DNA of 55,898 bases, counting the filler, from Piptocephalis cylindrospora (lineage: Eukaryota), in NCBI GenBank assembly GCA_003614145.1. It is 4 parts of 4 records of this genome, joined end to end, with 100 filler letters (N's around TTAATTAATTAA, not from the genome) between each part and the next. Parts side by side here need not be neighbours in the genome. Positions count along the whole stretch, not along the records: positions 28,059 to 41,937 come from KZ987934.1; positions 42,038 to 55,898 come from KZ987935.1; 2 more parts are not named here. The stretch is one strand, 5' to 3'. A program made the translations under genes and the position numbers. Below, in pieces: positions 35,829 to 49,154 of the stretch (positions within the stretch are counted from its first letter, which is position 1; the number at the start of each line of letters is the position of its first letter). The notes beneath the pieces are model-generated. The model ran no database searches, was not told the DNA's origin, and saw only the letters and a list, made by a program, of their open reading frames with translations.

Positions 35829-37237
35829 ATGCAACTTTTTGAAGAATCCTCTACTGTAGGCAACGTATGTGGCAGGAAGGGTAATTAAAATATGAGCTAT
35901 GGGCTCATCCTCTCTCTCTCTCTCTCTCTCCCATCTCTCTAATCCATCTAGATTGTCACCTGCAAAGCAGCTGTCTGCTGGGAAGCTGGAGTACCTCCAG
36001 GTGAGTTATATCACATCAAGAAAAGATAGTGAAATTCCTAGTTTAAGCACCGTCGACTCATGCTAGAACCCTTGCAGTGATTGAGCAGATTCAGGTAGCC
36101 CCTCCTCAACAAGGAGAAGTGCGTATTCGTATGATGTACAGTTCTGCGTAAGTGCTGCACTGTCTAAGGGGACAAGTGATTCACCCTCGCTCCCCTCTCG
36201 ACGACTCATGCCTCCATTTCCTCTTTAGATGTCACACCGATTGTCACAGCATGGCTGGATTAGATGAGTACACCTGCTTTCCCACCATCCTAGGCCATGA
36301 GGGAGCTGGAATCGTAGAGTCCGTAGGGGAGGGTGTGACCTCTCTGGCTCCAGGAGACCCTGTTGTCCCCATGTATATTGCCGAGTGTGGGGAGTGTGGG
36401 CCCTGTATCGGAAACAAGACCAATATGTGTGTCAAGTCCAGGGCCTGGTTGTGCAAGGGTGTCATGGCCGATGGGACCACTCGCTTCTCCTGTCGGGGCA
36501 AGAACATTGGCTACTACATGTCCATCTCCGCCTTCTCACAATATACAGTATGCCCCGAGGAAGCCGTAGCTAAGGTTGACGGGGCTACTGAGGATGACCT
36601 GAGACGCCTATGTCTCCTGGGCTGTGGGGTTCCCACTGGGTATGGAGCTGTCTCACGGGTGGCCAAGGTCGAATCCGGAAGTACCGTGGCTGTCTTTGGG
36701 CTAGGCTGCATTGGCTTATCCTGCATCCAAGCCGCCAAGCACGCCGGAGCCTCTCGTATCATCGCCATTGACCTTAACCCAGGCCGTGCTGACCTTGCCC
36801 GGGTTATGGGTGCTACTGAATTTATCAATCCACTTGATCATCCAAACAAGCCCACCCAACAGCTCCTTCAGGAGGCCACGGCCGGTGGCGTCGATTACTC
36901 CTTTGAGTGCGCCGGCGGAAATGTCAATGTCATGCGTACCGCCATAGAATCCTCCCACCCTACCCAAGGCACCTGTATCCTCATCTCTCTTGCCCCCTCA
37001 GGTCAACAACTCTCCCTGAACCCCATGGATCTCCTCACTGGTAGGACCGTGCGGGGATGTATCTTTGGTGGAATCAAAGGTCGAACCGATATCCCCCATC
37101 TCGCCGATGATTACTTTAAGGGGAAGCTCAAGTTGGACGAGTATGTCAATCTCGAGGTGCCCTTAGACAACATTAACAAGGCTCTTATGACCATGTCCAC
37201 AGGAAAGTGCATCCGTCCCGTCATTGACATGCGTTAA
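35829..37237 (+). CDS. Zinc-dependent alcohol dehydrogenase, class III (GSH-dependent formaldehyde dehydrogenase/GSNOR)-like; 4 exons (35829-35864, 35952-36000, 36078-36147, 36229-37237), 387 aa
   Basis: TCKAAVCWEAG, CHTD, ILGHEGAGIVESVGEGVT, structural zinc CGECGPC..C, LLGCG, GLGCIG, GVDYSFEC, GKCIRPV. In-phase introns. Confidence 0.9.
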
Positions 37238-37395
37238 TTTCAAGGAAAAGATGGGTTCTAGGAGGAGGAGGAGGAAGGGAAGAGGGGAAGAAGGGAAGGG
37301 GGAGGGTTATACCTATAGCTATGACCTCGTCCGTGGGATAATACATGTCTCTATTCAATCGACTTTTCTTGCTTTCCTAAGCATGGGAAGGGATA

Positions 37396-38230
37396 TCATA
37401 AATTCTTGATTTCCTCCCCCGCCTTTTTCTCCAATTCTTCTGTAGCATGCTTCAACTGCGACTCTCCCGTCAAAGACCACAGAGGAGGTAACATAGCACA
37501 TGAGTAAAATTTTCCCACTGCCCCTCAAATGCTTTATAGAACAACTCACCTCTTGAATAGCCATTTGACGGTCTGCAAGGGCTTGTCTAGCCTCCTTGCA
37601 TTCCTCGGTAGCTCGCATAACTCGGGTCTTCGCGCCATCCACCTCTTTTTCCATCTTACGCAGGGAAGCTTGCAATCGAGCCAGTTCTTCTCGTTTTGGA
37701 GGGACTGATGAGGCCGCTAGAACGCGTTGAGGTTCCCGGGGATAGGGGACAAAAGTCTGGGCCTGATACTCTCCGCGTCGGGCCCTTGTGGTCATCTCCT
37801 CTAGTTCATTGACTCGGGCAACCAGTTCACGCTGTTCAAGAGCTCGATCAAAACTTTCCTAGAATAGATCGAGAATGGTGCCTGATAAGTAGGGGAAGCT
37901 TATGCTATGGGAAGTATCTGCAAACCCAGTATAAACCTACCGTCGAGGTCTTTCGAAGATACTCCTTCGCCTGGTGCGCGGCCAGTCTCAAAAGTTCTGG
38001 TTTAGTCTGCGCTAATGTGGGATAGCATTTACTAAGCTTTTCAAATCTATACGAAAGAGCAGAGATGAGACGGTCAAGCCCCAGTATCTCCAACAAGACA
38101 TTTCCAGGAAGACGTACGTGCAAGGTCGAAGTGATTTTTCCAAGGCCTTTTCAAAGACCTGTCGCAACTGCGCAATCCTCCTTCCCTCTTCTTCCTCCAT
38201 TGCCTCCTGTGAGGATTTTGACCGAGTCAT
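37396..38230 (-). CDS. NNF1: Kinetochore MIND/Mis12 complex subunit Nnf1/PMF1-like; exons 38230-38118, 38046-37941, 37858-37550, 37455-37396; 195 aa
   Basis: Spliced product RRIAQLRQVFEKALEKSL..FEKLSKCYPTLA..ESFDRALEQRELVARVNELEEM plus a coiled-coil C-terminus resembles Nnf1. All introns are GT-AG and in phase. Confidence 0.72.
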
Positions 38231-38515
38231 GCAAAGTGCGAAACAGGATGGATGCGAGGAGAAAGAAAAGTACTATAAGAATGGGAAGGAGGAAGGAGGG
38301 TTTGTTGACATAATCGTGTCCTAGCTTGGCTTTGTGGAGCAATGTCATAAGGTATGAATAGTGGATCGAGCTGAAATACTTCAATCCTACCTCGACCACT
38401 CCATTACCAATCTATCCCTCTATACTTGCTTTTCTTTCAAGCCGTAAACGTGCTCCCCCATACCTGGATCGTCCTTAGACGCATAAAATCACCCCTCCAG
38501 GAAGGCACGGTCAAC

Positions 38516-40460
38516 ATGCGGACTCTAGTGACACACTTACCCAGCCTGAGGCCCCTGGGTCCAGGGTTGAAGGGCATGGCCCTGTGGAGAAGTTCAATAC
38601 CACGACGATACCCTAGTCTAGGGCATTCTCGACTAGCCTTCACCTCAGTCGCCACGGAAAAAAAGCCCAACTCGGCCCTAGGGAGACAGCTGGCGGCCTT
38701 AATTAAGGTAAATGCTCTCCAGTCTCATCACAATATCCAGACCACTTATCTCCTCCCAGTTCTCTGGACCCATCTCCCTAGCTAGATACATGCAAGAAGC
38801 CCTAGTCCATCCACAACACGGTTACTATGTGGCTGAGGGCGAAGAGGCCTTTGGAACCAAAGGAGATTTTGTCACGTCTCCAGACATTTCCCAGATGTTT
38901 GGCGAGGTACGTGGTCAATAAGATGGGATAAGACAGGGCTCTCCTGGGTAGCTTCATCAAATTCTCACCGTTCCATCATTTTGTTCAATTAGCTCCTAGG
39001 CATTTGGATGGTGACTCAATGGGAAGCCCAGGGTCGACCGGGGAAGATATGTCTCATGGAACTTGGTCCCGGTCGCGCTTCTCTTCTCCAGGATATACTA
39101 CGTGTAAGAATCACCTAGGGGAGATCGCACATCTTTTCCCTCTCTACTTTTCTTATTTTGCCGCCTTCCCGTTAGACGATCAAGCAATTTCCTCCAATAG
39201 CAGATTCCTTGCACGAGATTCATCTCCTCGAAGCATCCTCGAAAATGCGAGAAGCGCAGGTACAACGGCTGTGTGTGCCCGAGGATATCGAAAAAGATCA
39301 GGATGGAAAGCTCGTCGGCGCTACCCTCCTCTCCACCTACAGCTCCCATCCTGTGAGAGTACGGTGGTTTGACCGTATGGAGGATCTCACTACCGCCCAT
39401 ACCGCCGACACTATCGCTCCTTCCTCTAAGCCTTGGCCCATCCTTTTCGCCCACGAATTCTTTGATGCACTACCTACGCATCGCTTCAGGGTAGGTATTT
39501 TCAAGAGGGCAGATGTTTAAAATCACGCATTTTAGAAGTGATTTGTTATCCCTTGGGTTCACCTTTTCTCTTACCCCTTCCATAGAATACAGATAAGGGA
39601 TGGAGGGAAATCATGGTTGATATTGATCTCTCCCCAACAAGGTCTGTCTATCCTATGAATCAAATCGACCCGCCTCTCCCTCACCTAGCTACCTCATACC
39701 TTTTTGTATTTTAGTCATCGACACTTTCGGATGGTTTTAGCCGCCAAGGAAACCCCTGCCAGTATTGGCGTCTTTTCCCATCAGGGCATGGCCGAGAAGT
39801 TTTCCCGTATCCCACAGGGTCATGAAGTGGAGGTCTCCTTGGAGGCTAGGAAGGTTGCTGAGCAGGTGGGTCAGGTCGTTCAGGCTGATGGAGCTGCCAT
39901 GATCATCGATTATGGCAAGGATCATCCACAGGCTGAGACTTTAAGAGTAAGTGAACCGATAAAGAGGATTCCGCAAGAATTCTCTCTCTGTCTCTTTTTT
40001 CTACCATGATCTCATTGTTCCTTTCCAACCCTTCACTGCTATACTAGGGCATCCGGGATCATCAGTTTGTCGATATCCTCATGGATCCTGGAAAGGCTGA
40101 TTTGTCCGTTGATGTGGATTTTTCCCTTCTTAGAGACGCCATTCATTCACATGGTGAGTCTCACTTAAAAGGGGATCATCAAGAGACATACAATGATCTA
40201 TGACTCACCATAATAGCGCCATAGCTAACACCCATGGGCCAATATCTCAAAGACATCTGTTGCACTCTCTCGGCATTCAAACTCGGCTTTCCATGCTCCT
40301 CCGATCAAACCCTTCCACAAGGCACAAGGACATGATTGCCGGATACAAGCGTCTTACCGAACATGGAGCCATGGGTCAGATCTACCAGGCTCTCTCAGTA
40401 ACTGGGACAAAATGGAGCATGCCCCCTGTTGGCTTTGAGCCTGATCCAAAGAGGGAATAG
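38516..40460 (+). CDS. NDUFAF7: Mitochondrial complex I assembly arginine methyltransferase NDUFAF7/MidA; 8 exons (38516-38707, 38760-38906, 38993-39103, 39176-39490, 39586-39641, 39715-39946, 40048-40153, 40225-40460), 464 aa
   Basis: GPISLARYMQEAL..GYY, FGTKGDFVTSPDISQMFGE, MELGPGRA, AHEFFDALP, GWREIMVD, IIDYG, PGKADLSVDVDF, MGQIY; mitochondrial presequence. Confidence 0.92.
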
Positions 40461-41383
40461 ATCCTGAGATGATGATGCATGGCTATTTCTATTTGGTACC
40501 ACTTGCTCTTACATAAGCGTTCTATGCTAATAACGATAAAAATCCGCCTGATTTTATGACGGGCCCTCAGCACATATATTTTTTCTGGATAGCAAGAGTA
40601 ATTAGTTTCCCCAGCCTGCATTGCGCTGCTCTCCATGCATAGATTCATCAGGGAGAGCCAGCGGTAAGTGCGGGATGTTTCATCCTTATGGTTGGCGTTA
40701 GCCTATAGTAATATTTTTTTATCAAGTGACAGATTGTTCAACGGAAGGATCGCTATATATAGACATGCAAAATATAGTGCAAGGTAGTGACACATTCAAC
40801 AATGAATGATCAACCAGCCTTACCTTCTGCAATGCATTAAGGGAGAGATGAAATGTAATGGTCTGGTGGGGCGGGTGGTCAAGACGATAGAGAGAACATG
40901 GAAACTATGAGGAGATGTGGGTCTGTGTATGGGAAGACCCATGGGATGGTGGCGAGAGACTGCGGAAGGGATGATGGTGTAAGCAGTAGATTGACAAGGA
41001 GAGAAGCGGAACGAGAGTAAGATGAAAGAGATGGAAACTGGGGGAAATACTTGATCCAGAGGGGATAGAAGCCCCAAGGAGGAATCGGAGGACGAGTGGT
41101 AATCCTAGGATGTGGGAGGATATGCCCTCGCCGGGAGGCGATGGTATCCCCACTCATATCTCGATTTTCCCTGGCATGATCTTGAGACTTTCAAAGTGGT
41201 AGACGTTTCTTCGGATAAGGACGGACTTCAGGGCTCTGTAGTATTCAAGTATCATTCATAGCATAGGGTACGCGTTGGGGAGCCTGTCCTTAGTGCCACG
41301 CATTTCGGCCTGGTTACAGGCAGTCAATGTGTTCAAATACCCTCTAGCCAGTCCCACATGGAATAATAAAATATGTTTCTATC

Positions 41384-41438
41384 ATTACCTTCTTTAATGT
41401 ACTACTATTACCTTCTTTAATGCACTATTATTACTTTC
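41384..41438. repeat. 23-bp tandem repeat, about 2.4 copies
   Basis: ATTACCTTCTTTAATGTACTACT / ATTACCTTCTTTAATGCACTATT / ATTACTTTC. Confidence 0.8.
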
Positions 41439-41655
41439 CTATATTTGGACATGGCCTAAATTCGCTATATAAAATAGAGTGCCCTTTCATCCTAAATCAC
41501 GGATAAATTACCCTTGTTCTTTCCCAGCGAGATGCATTCAAACCGGGGTACCCATTTAGCCTACCCCACTAAGGGGAAAATATAGCGGTTTCATCGTTAC
41601 CATGGATTCAAACCGAAAAAGATGGTCAATTGGTTTCGAAAAACCACTAAAAAAG

Positions 41656-41729
41656 TGTTCTGGCTCGGATTCGAACCGAGGACCGTCTGTGTGTTAGACA
41701 GACGTGATAACCAACTACACCACCAGAAC
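41656..41729 (-). tRNA. tRNA-Val(AAC), intronless
   Basis: GTTCTGG TG GTGTAGTTGGTTATCAC G TCTGT-CT-AAC-AC-ACAGA CGGTC CTCGG-TTCGAAT-CCGAG CCAGAAC A forms a full cloverleaf; T6 terminator follows. Confidence 0.96.
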
Positions 41730-41937
41730 ACACTTTAATCGTGAGCAAAATATTTACATATTGAAAGAGAGCATTTAGGAAGGCATAAAAAACCGCTGCC
41801 TTATGAGAAATGCACTTGGAAACTACATAGATTCACACCTTTGTTACAGGCTGAGGGGAATATTTGGAACAGACAACTCATCTTTCTTCAATAACATGCC
41901 CGTTCTTCCTGATCCCGGTCCACCGGGTGCTCCTTCC

Positions 41938-42037
41938 NNNNNNNNNNNNNNNNNNNNNNNNNNNNNNNNNNNNNNNNNNNNTTAATTAATTAANNNNNNN
42001 NNNNNNNNNNNNNNNNNNNNNNNNNNNNNNNNNNNNN
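41938..42037. other. Artificial contig spacer N44-TTAATTAATTAA-N44
   Basis: Same 100-bp linker. Confidence 0.97.
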
Positions 42038-42681
42038 TGAGGGTTCAGAGATCGGTGTATAGCCAGCCGATCGATCAGTAGGTAAGCCCAGGGGATACAC
42101 TCGAGCGTGCAAGGTAGACTCGTGCCCACACACGGCTCTGCATTGAACATACCAATGCTTCGCATGATCTCCCCCCCCCCCTCCATCCCAGCATGCTGCT
42201 CTACCCCTCCCTAAAATAATGGGATGAAAATAACACAAATTTCATCCAAATTCCGTGTGAGTGTAACTAGGGAGGACAAGGAAGAACCATGCGAGACTAA
42301 AGTGAGACTTAAATGAGACTCAAGGGGCACCCGAGTCTCCCCCCCATCCTCCCCTAGTGTCTCATCTAGGTCGGCTACACACCACCAGCACATACACATA
42401 CATCCACTTTTCACCCACTCCCCATCCCCTTTTCAGTCACTACTACTACTACTAGCGCCTGTTAGCAGCAGTGTGCGTGAGCCATAGAGGAAAGGTCATG
42501 GTCTCCTCCCCAGCTTCAGGCTCCTCTGAGCCAACCCAGCTCCCGCCAATGCCTCCCTTCCTCTCCTCCACTCTTCTTTCTCCCTGCTCCTCTACCCCGC
42601 CCTCGCTCCCTCCTTCCCCTCCCCGTATCCCCCTCTCCCCCTCCCTACACACAACCAACCCCAACTTACACTCCCCACATC

Positions 42682-43958
42682 ATGTCGGGACGGTCGACGA
42701 AAAACAACAATGCGAGCTCCAATGGACCCTCGGCAGCAAGCACCAGTGCCAATGCTGCGGCAGCAGCAGCCGCCGCTGCTTACCATCAGGCTGCAGCCAA
42801 TGCCTCGGCCGCCCCCTCCCAGGCCCACTTGGCCCAGCAGCATCAGGCGCTCATGCAGGCCTTTTGGGCCAACCAGCTGGCCGATGTGGAGAGGGGTCCT
42901 CACGACTACCGCGTCCATCAGCTTCCTCTGGCCCGGATCAAGAAGGTGATGAAGTCGGACGATGAGGTCAAAAAGCAAATGATCAGCGCAGAGGCCCCTC
43001 TTATCTTTGCCAAGGCTTGCGAGATCATGATTCTCGAGTTGACCATGCGCGCCTGGATCCACGCCGAGGAGAACAAGCGAAGGACGTTGCAGCGGTCAGA
43101 TATTGCCACTGCCATCACCAAATCCGATATGTTTGACTTCCTCATCGATATTGTCCCCCGGGAAGAGGGTCTTCGGCCCTCCTCCTCCACCACATCCGCT
43201 TCCTCCACCTCCGCACCTTCCGCCGGTGGTCCAACCGCCCCAGCCTCTTCCAATGCCGCTGCCGCTGCTGCTGCTGCTGCCGCTGCTGCCGCATCTGCCG
43301 GTGCGCCCCAGGGCCAGGGAATGGGCGCGATACACCCAGGCTCCCTCCCCGCCTCCACCTCTGTCCTTCCCCCAGGCACGGCCCCTCCCACAGCCATCAA
43401 GACCGAGATCCCCAACCACCCCGCCCAACTGCCTGCGGGAACCGGAGTAGTGGCTCAAGGAATTAATGGCGCCGCCCAGGATTACCGAGCAGCAGGGGCT
43501 CAACAGCAGCCCTACGGCTATTATGGCGTTCCTCATGCCAATACGACCGGGTATCCCACTGTAAGTTTCCTTTGCTTTTGACTGGTCCAAACTGTCTGGG
43601 CGATATGGAGCTTCTGGACCATATGTTCATCATTTCTTAACCAACTAACCAACCGCCATGGAAACAGAATGACCAGCTCTTGGCATATCAGCACCAGGCC
43701 CAGCAGCAACAGCAACAGATTGCCTATCTCCGTGAGCAGATGCTCGCTCAGTCCTTCCAGCAGCAACAACAACAGGGTGGAGCCAACGGAGGAGGGGGCG
43801 CTGGGGCAGGAGGACCTGGGGGCGCCGGGGTCAACGTCTCTGACCTACCCAATCACTCGGCCCCTCCCAACCCTGCTGAGTACCCCTATAGCTATTATGG
43901 TCAGCCTGGACAGAGCAATGGCCCTCCCCGTCCCGGAAACGAAGGATACCAGCAGTAG
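42682..43958 (+). CDS. HAP5: CCAAT-binding factor subunit Hap5/NF-YC, 2 exons (42682-43560, 43668-43958), 389 aa
   Basis: Histone fold [76 protein letters not shown]. Poly-Ala and poly-Gln tracts; GTAAGT..CTAAC..CAG intron. Confidence 0.95.
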
Positions 43959-44381
43959 AGGGCACTGGATGGGTAGGAAAAGGCCTTTATTGACGGAGGG
44001 GAAGAGGGAATGAAGGGGGAGACCAAGGAACCTTTTTGATTGATGGGATGGGTGTTAATTTTTTTTGCCGTATCCATGGGCTTCCGACGCCAGGGGATGC
44101 ATGGGAGAGGTATGAGAGAAGGGGAGGAAATGAGAGGCCAAGGATGTTGACATCCTCCGCGCCTCCATGTCATCTCTCCCAGAGTTCTTCAGGTCAAGAG
44201 AAAAGATGAAGGTAGGAGGAGACGAATCTCCTTTACCCACTGAGAATACACACTTATTTTCCCAGAATGACGGCATGTCAAACGGTAGGAATAGGTCATA
44301 CCATCGTGTCTTTTTTTTCTTTTTTTCCCTTTACTACTAACAAAACAAGATGAAAGAATAGCTCCCAGTCCATACCAAGGC

Positions 44382-45180
44382 TCAGATCCTTGATCCCCCG
44401 TCAGAGTCATCCTCGTCTCCAAAGACATCAGCTTCGGCCAGAAGGGTTAGCTCCCGGTCCACGCGATATTTTTCCTCTTGGAGATACCCAAGGACCTCGG
44501 CATCACTCAGTTTTTGAACGGGAAGCCAAGCCCATACATTGGAGTTACTTGGGAGCAGGGAATCCCATACGGATCGGCGTTGGTAGGACCCGGACATCTC
44601 CTTGAGGATCCGATCATGTCGGTAATGATGAAATCGTGTTGACGCATATTGACCTACTCCAGCTATGAACATGCAGATCATCGTAGTCAGTGGTACAGCG
44701 CGCGGTCCACCTAGGGATGCAGGATGGGGGGGAGGGCTGATTAGCATTGGTGTGGACCCATACAATCAAACAGCTACATACGTCCTAGCATAGTGGTTAA
44801 GGCCCCGGCAAGACCTCCAGAAACCACTGAAGCAAACATGAGATCTGCATCCCGCTCCACCCCATCCAGTAAACCGGCTTCTCTGTTCCGTTGTCGCTGT
44901 TCACGGACTAACGAGTCTCGTGCCACAAAAAATATGGCTCCAATACCCATCATGTTCAACGTTGCTGCAGGCACAATGGCCCGATTGGGTATGTCCCGGT
45001 ACGCGCTTGCCAGCACACCGGCGCCTGCCCCGACGAGGCCTAGAGCGAGAAGAGGAGATGAGTAGGGGGCCAGCCTAGTAGGTGGGCATTAGGCCAAGAC
45101 GTACCGAATGCGGCAGACCCCACAAGCACCTTGGTTAGGTCCAAGCCCTCTTGAGATCGGGAGTTCGTGGGTGAGGTCAT
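44382..45180 (-). CDS. Fungal Tim17/Tim22-like membrane protein; exons 45180-45105, 45039-44782, 44710-44382; 220 aa
   Basis: Four Gly-rich hydrophobic segments (GLVGAGAG, ASVVSGGLAG, RGPRAV) and C-terminal WLPVQKLSDAEVLGYLQEEKYRVDREL. In-phase GT-AG introns. Confidence 0.65.
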
Positions 45181-46086
45181 GGAGAAAGTAAGGAAAGGTA
45201 GCCTTGCATTATCTCGCCGGCCCATCGCACATCAAGGTTGTGTGTGGTTTCTTTGGGCCAGCCAAAGCGCGTGAAAACAATGGAAATTCAGTTCGAATTT
45301 CATTGACATGTGATTGAATCCTCCTTCCTCTTTTTATCACCCTCTCTTCTCCGACAATCCCCATCATCAGCCCTTTCCCTTCTTACCCATGCCGCGGTTA
45401 TAGGGGAGAAAGGAAGGAAGGAAGTAGTGGCTTAATCGGGGAATGGGATTGCTCCTTTTTCCGGTAGGCCAAGACGACCTTACTCACTGACACAAAAGTC
45501 GATCAAAAATCTTACAATTTGGACAATTTAACCATTTCCCGAGCCATCCAGGTCATTTGCCCACACTCCGCCCCCTCCCCCTCCGCTCGCTCCCAGTCCT
45601 GGCGGTGAAATGGGCAAGGGCAACGAATCAAGGGTAACCAGCCCCGCCGCTTCATCCCATCCCATTTAGTGTTCACAGCCCCTTCCTCTCAGTGCCCAGC
45701 CTCTCCCACTCAATCCATCCATCCAAACCCAGCTTTCTTCCTCCGCTACACACGCTCTCCCCCCTCTCAAGCTGGCCAGGCGCTGCTTAAAGCCCTCTTG
45801 GCTCTCCCTGTACACTCTTCCCTCCCCCTTCTAGTCTCTGGTCTTGGTTTGCTGTCACCCAGATTGATCTTTCTTCCTTTCTTCCCTCTCTTTGATCGTT
45901 TCCTCCCCCCCTCCCTTCCCCATCTCTTATCCCTCTCACCCAAGGCGCCCCCCTTGCTGGAATCCATCCCACTCTCTTCCCACCGCTTCCTTTTTTTCTC
46001 CTCCCTCTTTCTCTTCCTCCGGTTCCCTGGAAACGATCCCCTTCTTTCTCCCCCTCCCCCCATTCATCCCTCTTCTTTAGCCCACC

Positions 46087-46892
46087 ATGAGCTCTCCTGC
46101 TGCACCACAACCTCCCAAGGAGCTGGTGTCCGTTGCCAACTTTCTCCGTAATTCGGGTACCTCAGGTCTTCGCGCTCGCTCTGGCGTCCTTGATGGAAAG
46201 CGTGTGGACTTTTTCAAAGGTGAGTCTTTGTGTAGATGTGCGTGTGTGGGCACATCGATGTATCCTGGGTCTCATCCCTTCTCCCCCCCTCCCCGCCCCA
46301 CCCCATAGGAAAATCGGCTTTCAAGGCCCTGACAAAGGACGCTTACGCCAAGGCCTCCTCCTCCCACCCCTCCGTAAACTCCCCCACGGATGCGCGAAAC
46401 GTCCTGCAGCGTCTGCTCGATGAGCGCTTCTTCTTCCGATGTGAGTGCACCGATCAATCCATCTCCAGTGGCACCCGTGTCCTTCAGCCCGTACGTGAGC
46501 AACGCATGGTTGAGGATGGCTACTACGTCTGGATCTACCAGGGTTCCCAGATTGGCATGCGCATTGCCTCTTTTGGTCTTGTGGCCCTAGTCTTTGCCGG
46601 AGTCATGTTCCCCCTATGGCCCCAGTTCATGCGCGAAGGTGCCTGGTACGTCTCGGTCGCCATCCTCGGTCTCCTGGGTGCCCTCTTTGGCTTGGCCATC
46701 ATTCGTCTCATCATCTACGTCATCTCCCTCCCCATCCTGCCCGTTGGTTTCTGGCTCTTCCCCAACCTCTTTGCTGATTGCGGCTTCTTCGAGAGCTTTG
46801 TCCCTCTCTACGGCTGGGATGAGAGTGAGAAGAAAGTGAGCAAGCGTGCCCAGAAGCAGCCTGCTGACTCCGAGGATGCCAAGGAGGAATGA
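46087..46892 (+). CDS. SEC62: ER translocation protein Sec62, 2 exons (46087-46219, 46309-46892), 238 aa
   Basis: VANFLR..GVLDGKRVDFFKGK, YYVWIY, GVMFPLWP, FWLFPNLFADCGFFESFVPLYGW. Confidence 0.95.
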
Positions 46893-47159
46893 TCTCTTCT
46901 TGCGTGTGGGCATGTGTGTGGGTGAGGGATGGACCAGGTGATGATGGGGCTTTTAAGGAGTATTGTTCATCCAAAGGCGGGGTGTGTACTCCCCAGGGTC
47001 CTTTTACATCTCTTTATCGTGATGCAGCTTATAAAGGAAAGGGGAATAGATGGGTCATGGGTCTTTTTAGTCGATTATCATTGTCCTAATGAGATAGTGG
47101 ATTCAAAATGATCCTGTATTCGCCCCTCGATCCTCGTCTCTCTACATCCCCTCCTCCCC

Positions 47160-48215
47160 CTAAGACATCACCAAGGAAGAGGACTGAAGCCCGCTATTCT
47201 GAAGGATCCAGGGAATAGCGGGGGTTATATCCCAGTAAAAGCCCATATCGAAAGCGCCACCACAAGCTGAGGATTGACCCTGAGAATTTGCCCCAAAGCT
47301 GGTAAGACCCACTACGCCGTACATCCCCGTCTCGGAGGATTGAGAGAGGAGAGGTCCACCTGAATCCCCAAAGCAGGTATCCCGATTCAAGCCTCCCGCG
47401 CACAGGAACCCATTCTCCTCCCAGTGAGAGCCTCCTGCGAGGTTGCACTGCTCATGATCCGCGGGCATCAAGGACACCTGTTGCAATTGATCTGGCGCCG
47501 TGCGTCTATGTCATAGGGATAATCAGAGTGAGGATCACATCCGTTCAACTCCCACTACATCCCCTCTCCCCGATCATTTCCTACTTCTGAACATTGTCAA
47601 TCCCCCATCCAAGAGCTGTGTAAGGAAGGGGATGGGATGAGTCGTCGGCTTCAGGGAGAATGCGTGCGTAGGAGGAGAGTAGGATGGGCGACTGTGTCTC
47701 CACCAATCCTACATCCCAGCCTGAAAACGCCTGGTAGGATGGATGAGCCAAGTAGCTCTTGCCCTTGACCCGATATGGGATGGCGCTTCGTTTATTCGAC
47801 CCTGCGATGATGTAAAAGGGTTGGTCCTCAATGGCTCTGAAACCTGTTCAAGCGGGGGAGGCGATGATGCCAAGATATGAGTTCATTTTTCCCATCTGCC
47901 CCTCCTCTCATCAAGGATCTTACAATGAGCTGCTGTGAGGAACCATGTGGGCGCGATCATGACTCCCCCACAGTGCACGGCTCCCTTGGTCATCTCCATG
48001 ACCGCCATATACGGGAATGATCCCTCAGACACGGACATTCCCCCAATGATAAGGTTGCCAAAGGGTGGGATAGGCATCGTGTTCCCACCATGCGCGGCAT
48101 TAAGCGCATCATCCATCTTCAAGGGTAATGACTCTTTCTGAATAGGACCGGCGGCGCCCTCCACCATCATGGATCCTTGGAAGGCAGCAAAGAGAAAGGC
48201 AGCGGATAAGCGCAT
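47160..48215 (-). CDS. Secreted trypsin-like serine protease (S1A); exons 48215-47924, 47843-47585, 47505-47160; 298 aa
   Basis: Signal peptide MRLSAAFLFAAF, activation site IIGG, CGG, TAAHC (His), WDVGL (Asp), LGWG and DTCFGDSGGP (Ser, with S1-pocket Asp). Confidence 0.92.
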
Positions 48216-49154
48216 GGTGAGTTGAGTGGAGATAGGAATGGGGATGACGATGCAAGAGGAATGAAGATGCAAGAGGGATGAGATGGGAAAGGAATGAAAG
48301 ATTCATGACCTGGAAGGACCGGTTCTTTAAAGTCATTAATGATCCCTCCTTGATGTGGCTCAGGGGAATAGTTCAAGGAGTAAATGATCTTGAAATGAGC
48401 CGGTCGTTCCAACATTGCCTCCAGTCTGTCAGACATGAAGGAAGGGGTAAAGGGGGCTCGTGGTCCCACGGGATTGCTACCCTAAGAAAAAGGGGAAAGA
48501 TAGCGTAAATACGAATCCCGAGTCGTTTTGAAAGCGCGCCCGGGTGAAATCATTTGGATCGAATCCTAGGGGGATCTGCGCTAAAAATCGGCCAAGTCCA
48601 TTGATGCAGCCCAACACATATTGCACTCATGGTACTTTGGACGAGTAAGATCTTCATGATGGTAGGAATGTCAAGTTATATGGTCCATAAATAGGGTACA
48701 TGTCGGGGATAATGTCCCTGATACCACACAGGCTGGCCTAAGCGGGTCATGCGTTCGGATACTTGAGCCTGCCCCACGAGGAAAAATAAGCCGGTTTTAT
48801 CATCAAATTAGATAGCCCATAATGTCAAGGTCATAGACTTCTTCCCCAAGGGCATGCGCCTCTTTCATAATGCATCACGAAAGGATCGGTAGAGACCTTT
48901 TCATCCAATTGCTGCTCATCGATAAAACGAGCCTAGACTCAACCATCAATTGTAAACTAGGGTTAAAGAGGAAAGTATTAAGCGGATCTAATACTCATGT
49001 CTCCTTGTGTGTGTGTGCGTGTATGTGTGCCTCCATCTCTCTTCGTATATTATCATCTCTTCGCTCCTTGTGGCATTTCAAGGACAACACAAGTCCACAC
49101 TGCCCTACTAAACTCCCCCCTTCCTTCCTTATACGCTCGTCCTCCCAGTTCGTC

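Noticed and set aside
41384..41438. CRISPR-like repeat
   Set aside because: Directly tandem with no spacers, in eukaryotic context with no cas genes.
40640..41640. Intergenic kilobase as an ncRNA or transposon remnant
   Set aside because: I could not recognise snRNA/snoRNA boxes, terminal repeats or transposase-like coding.
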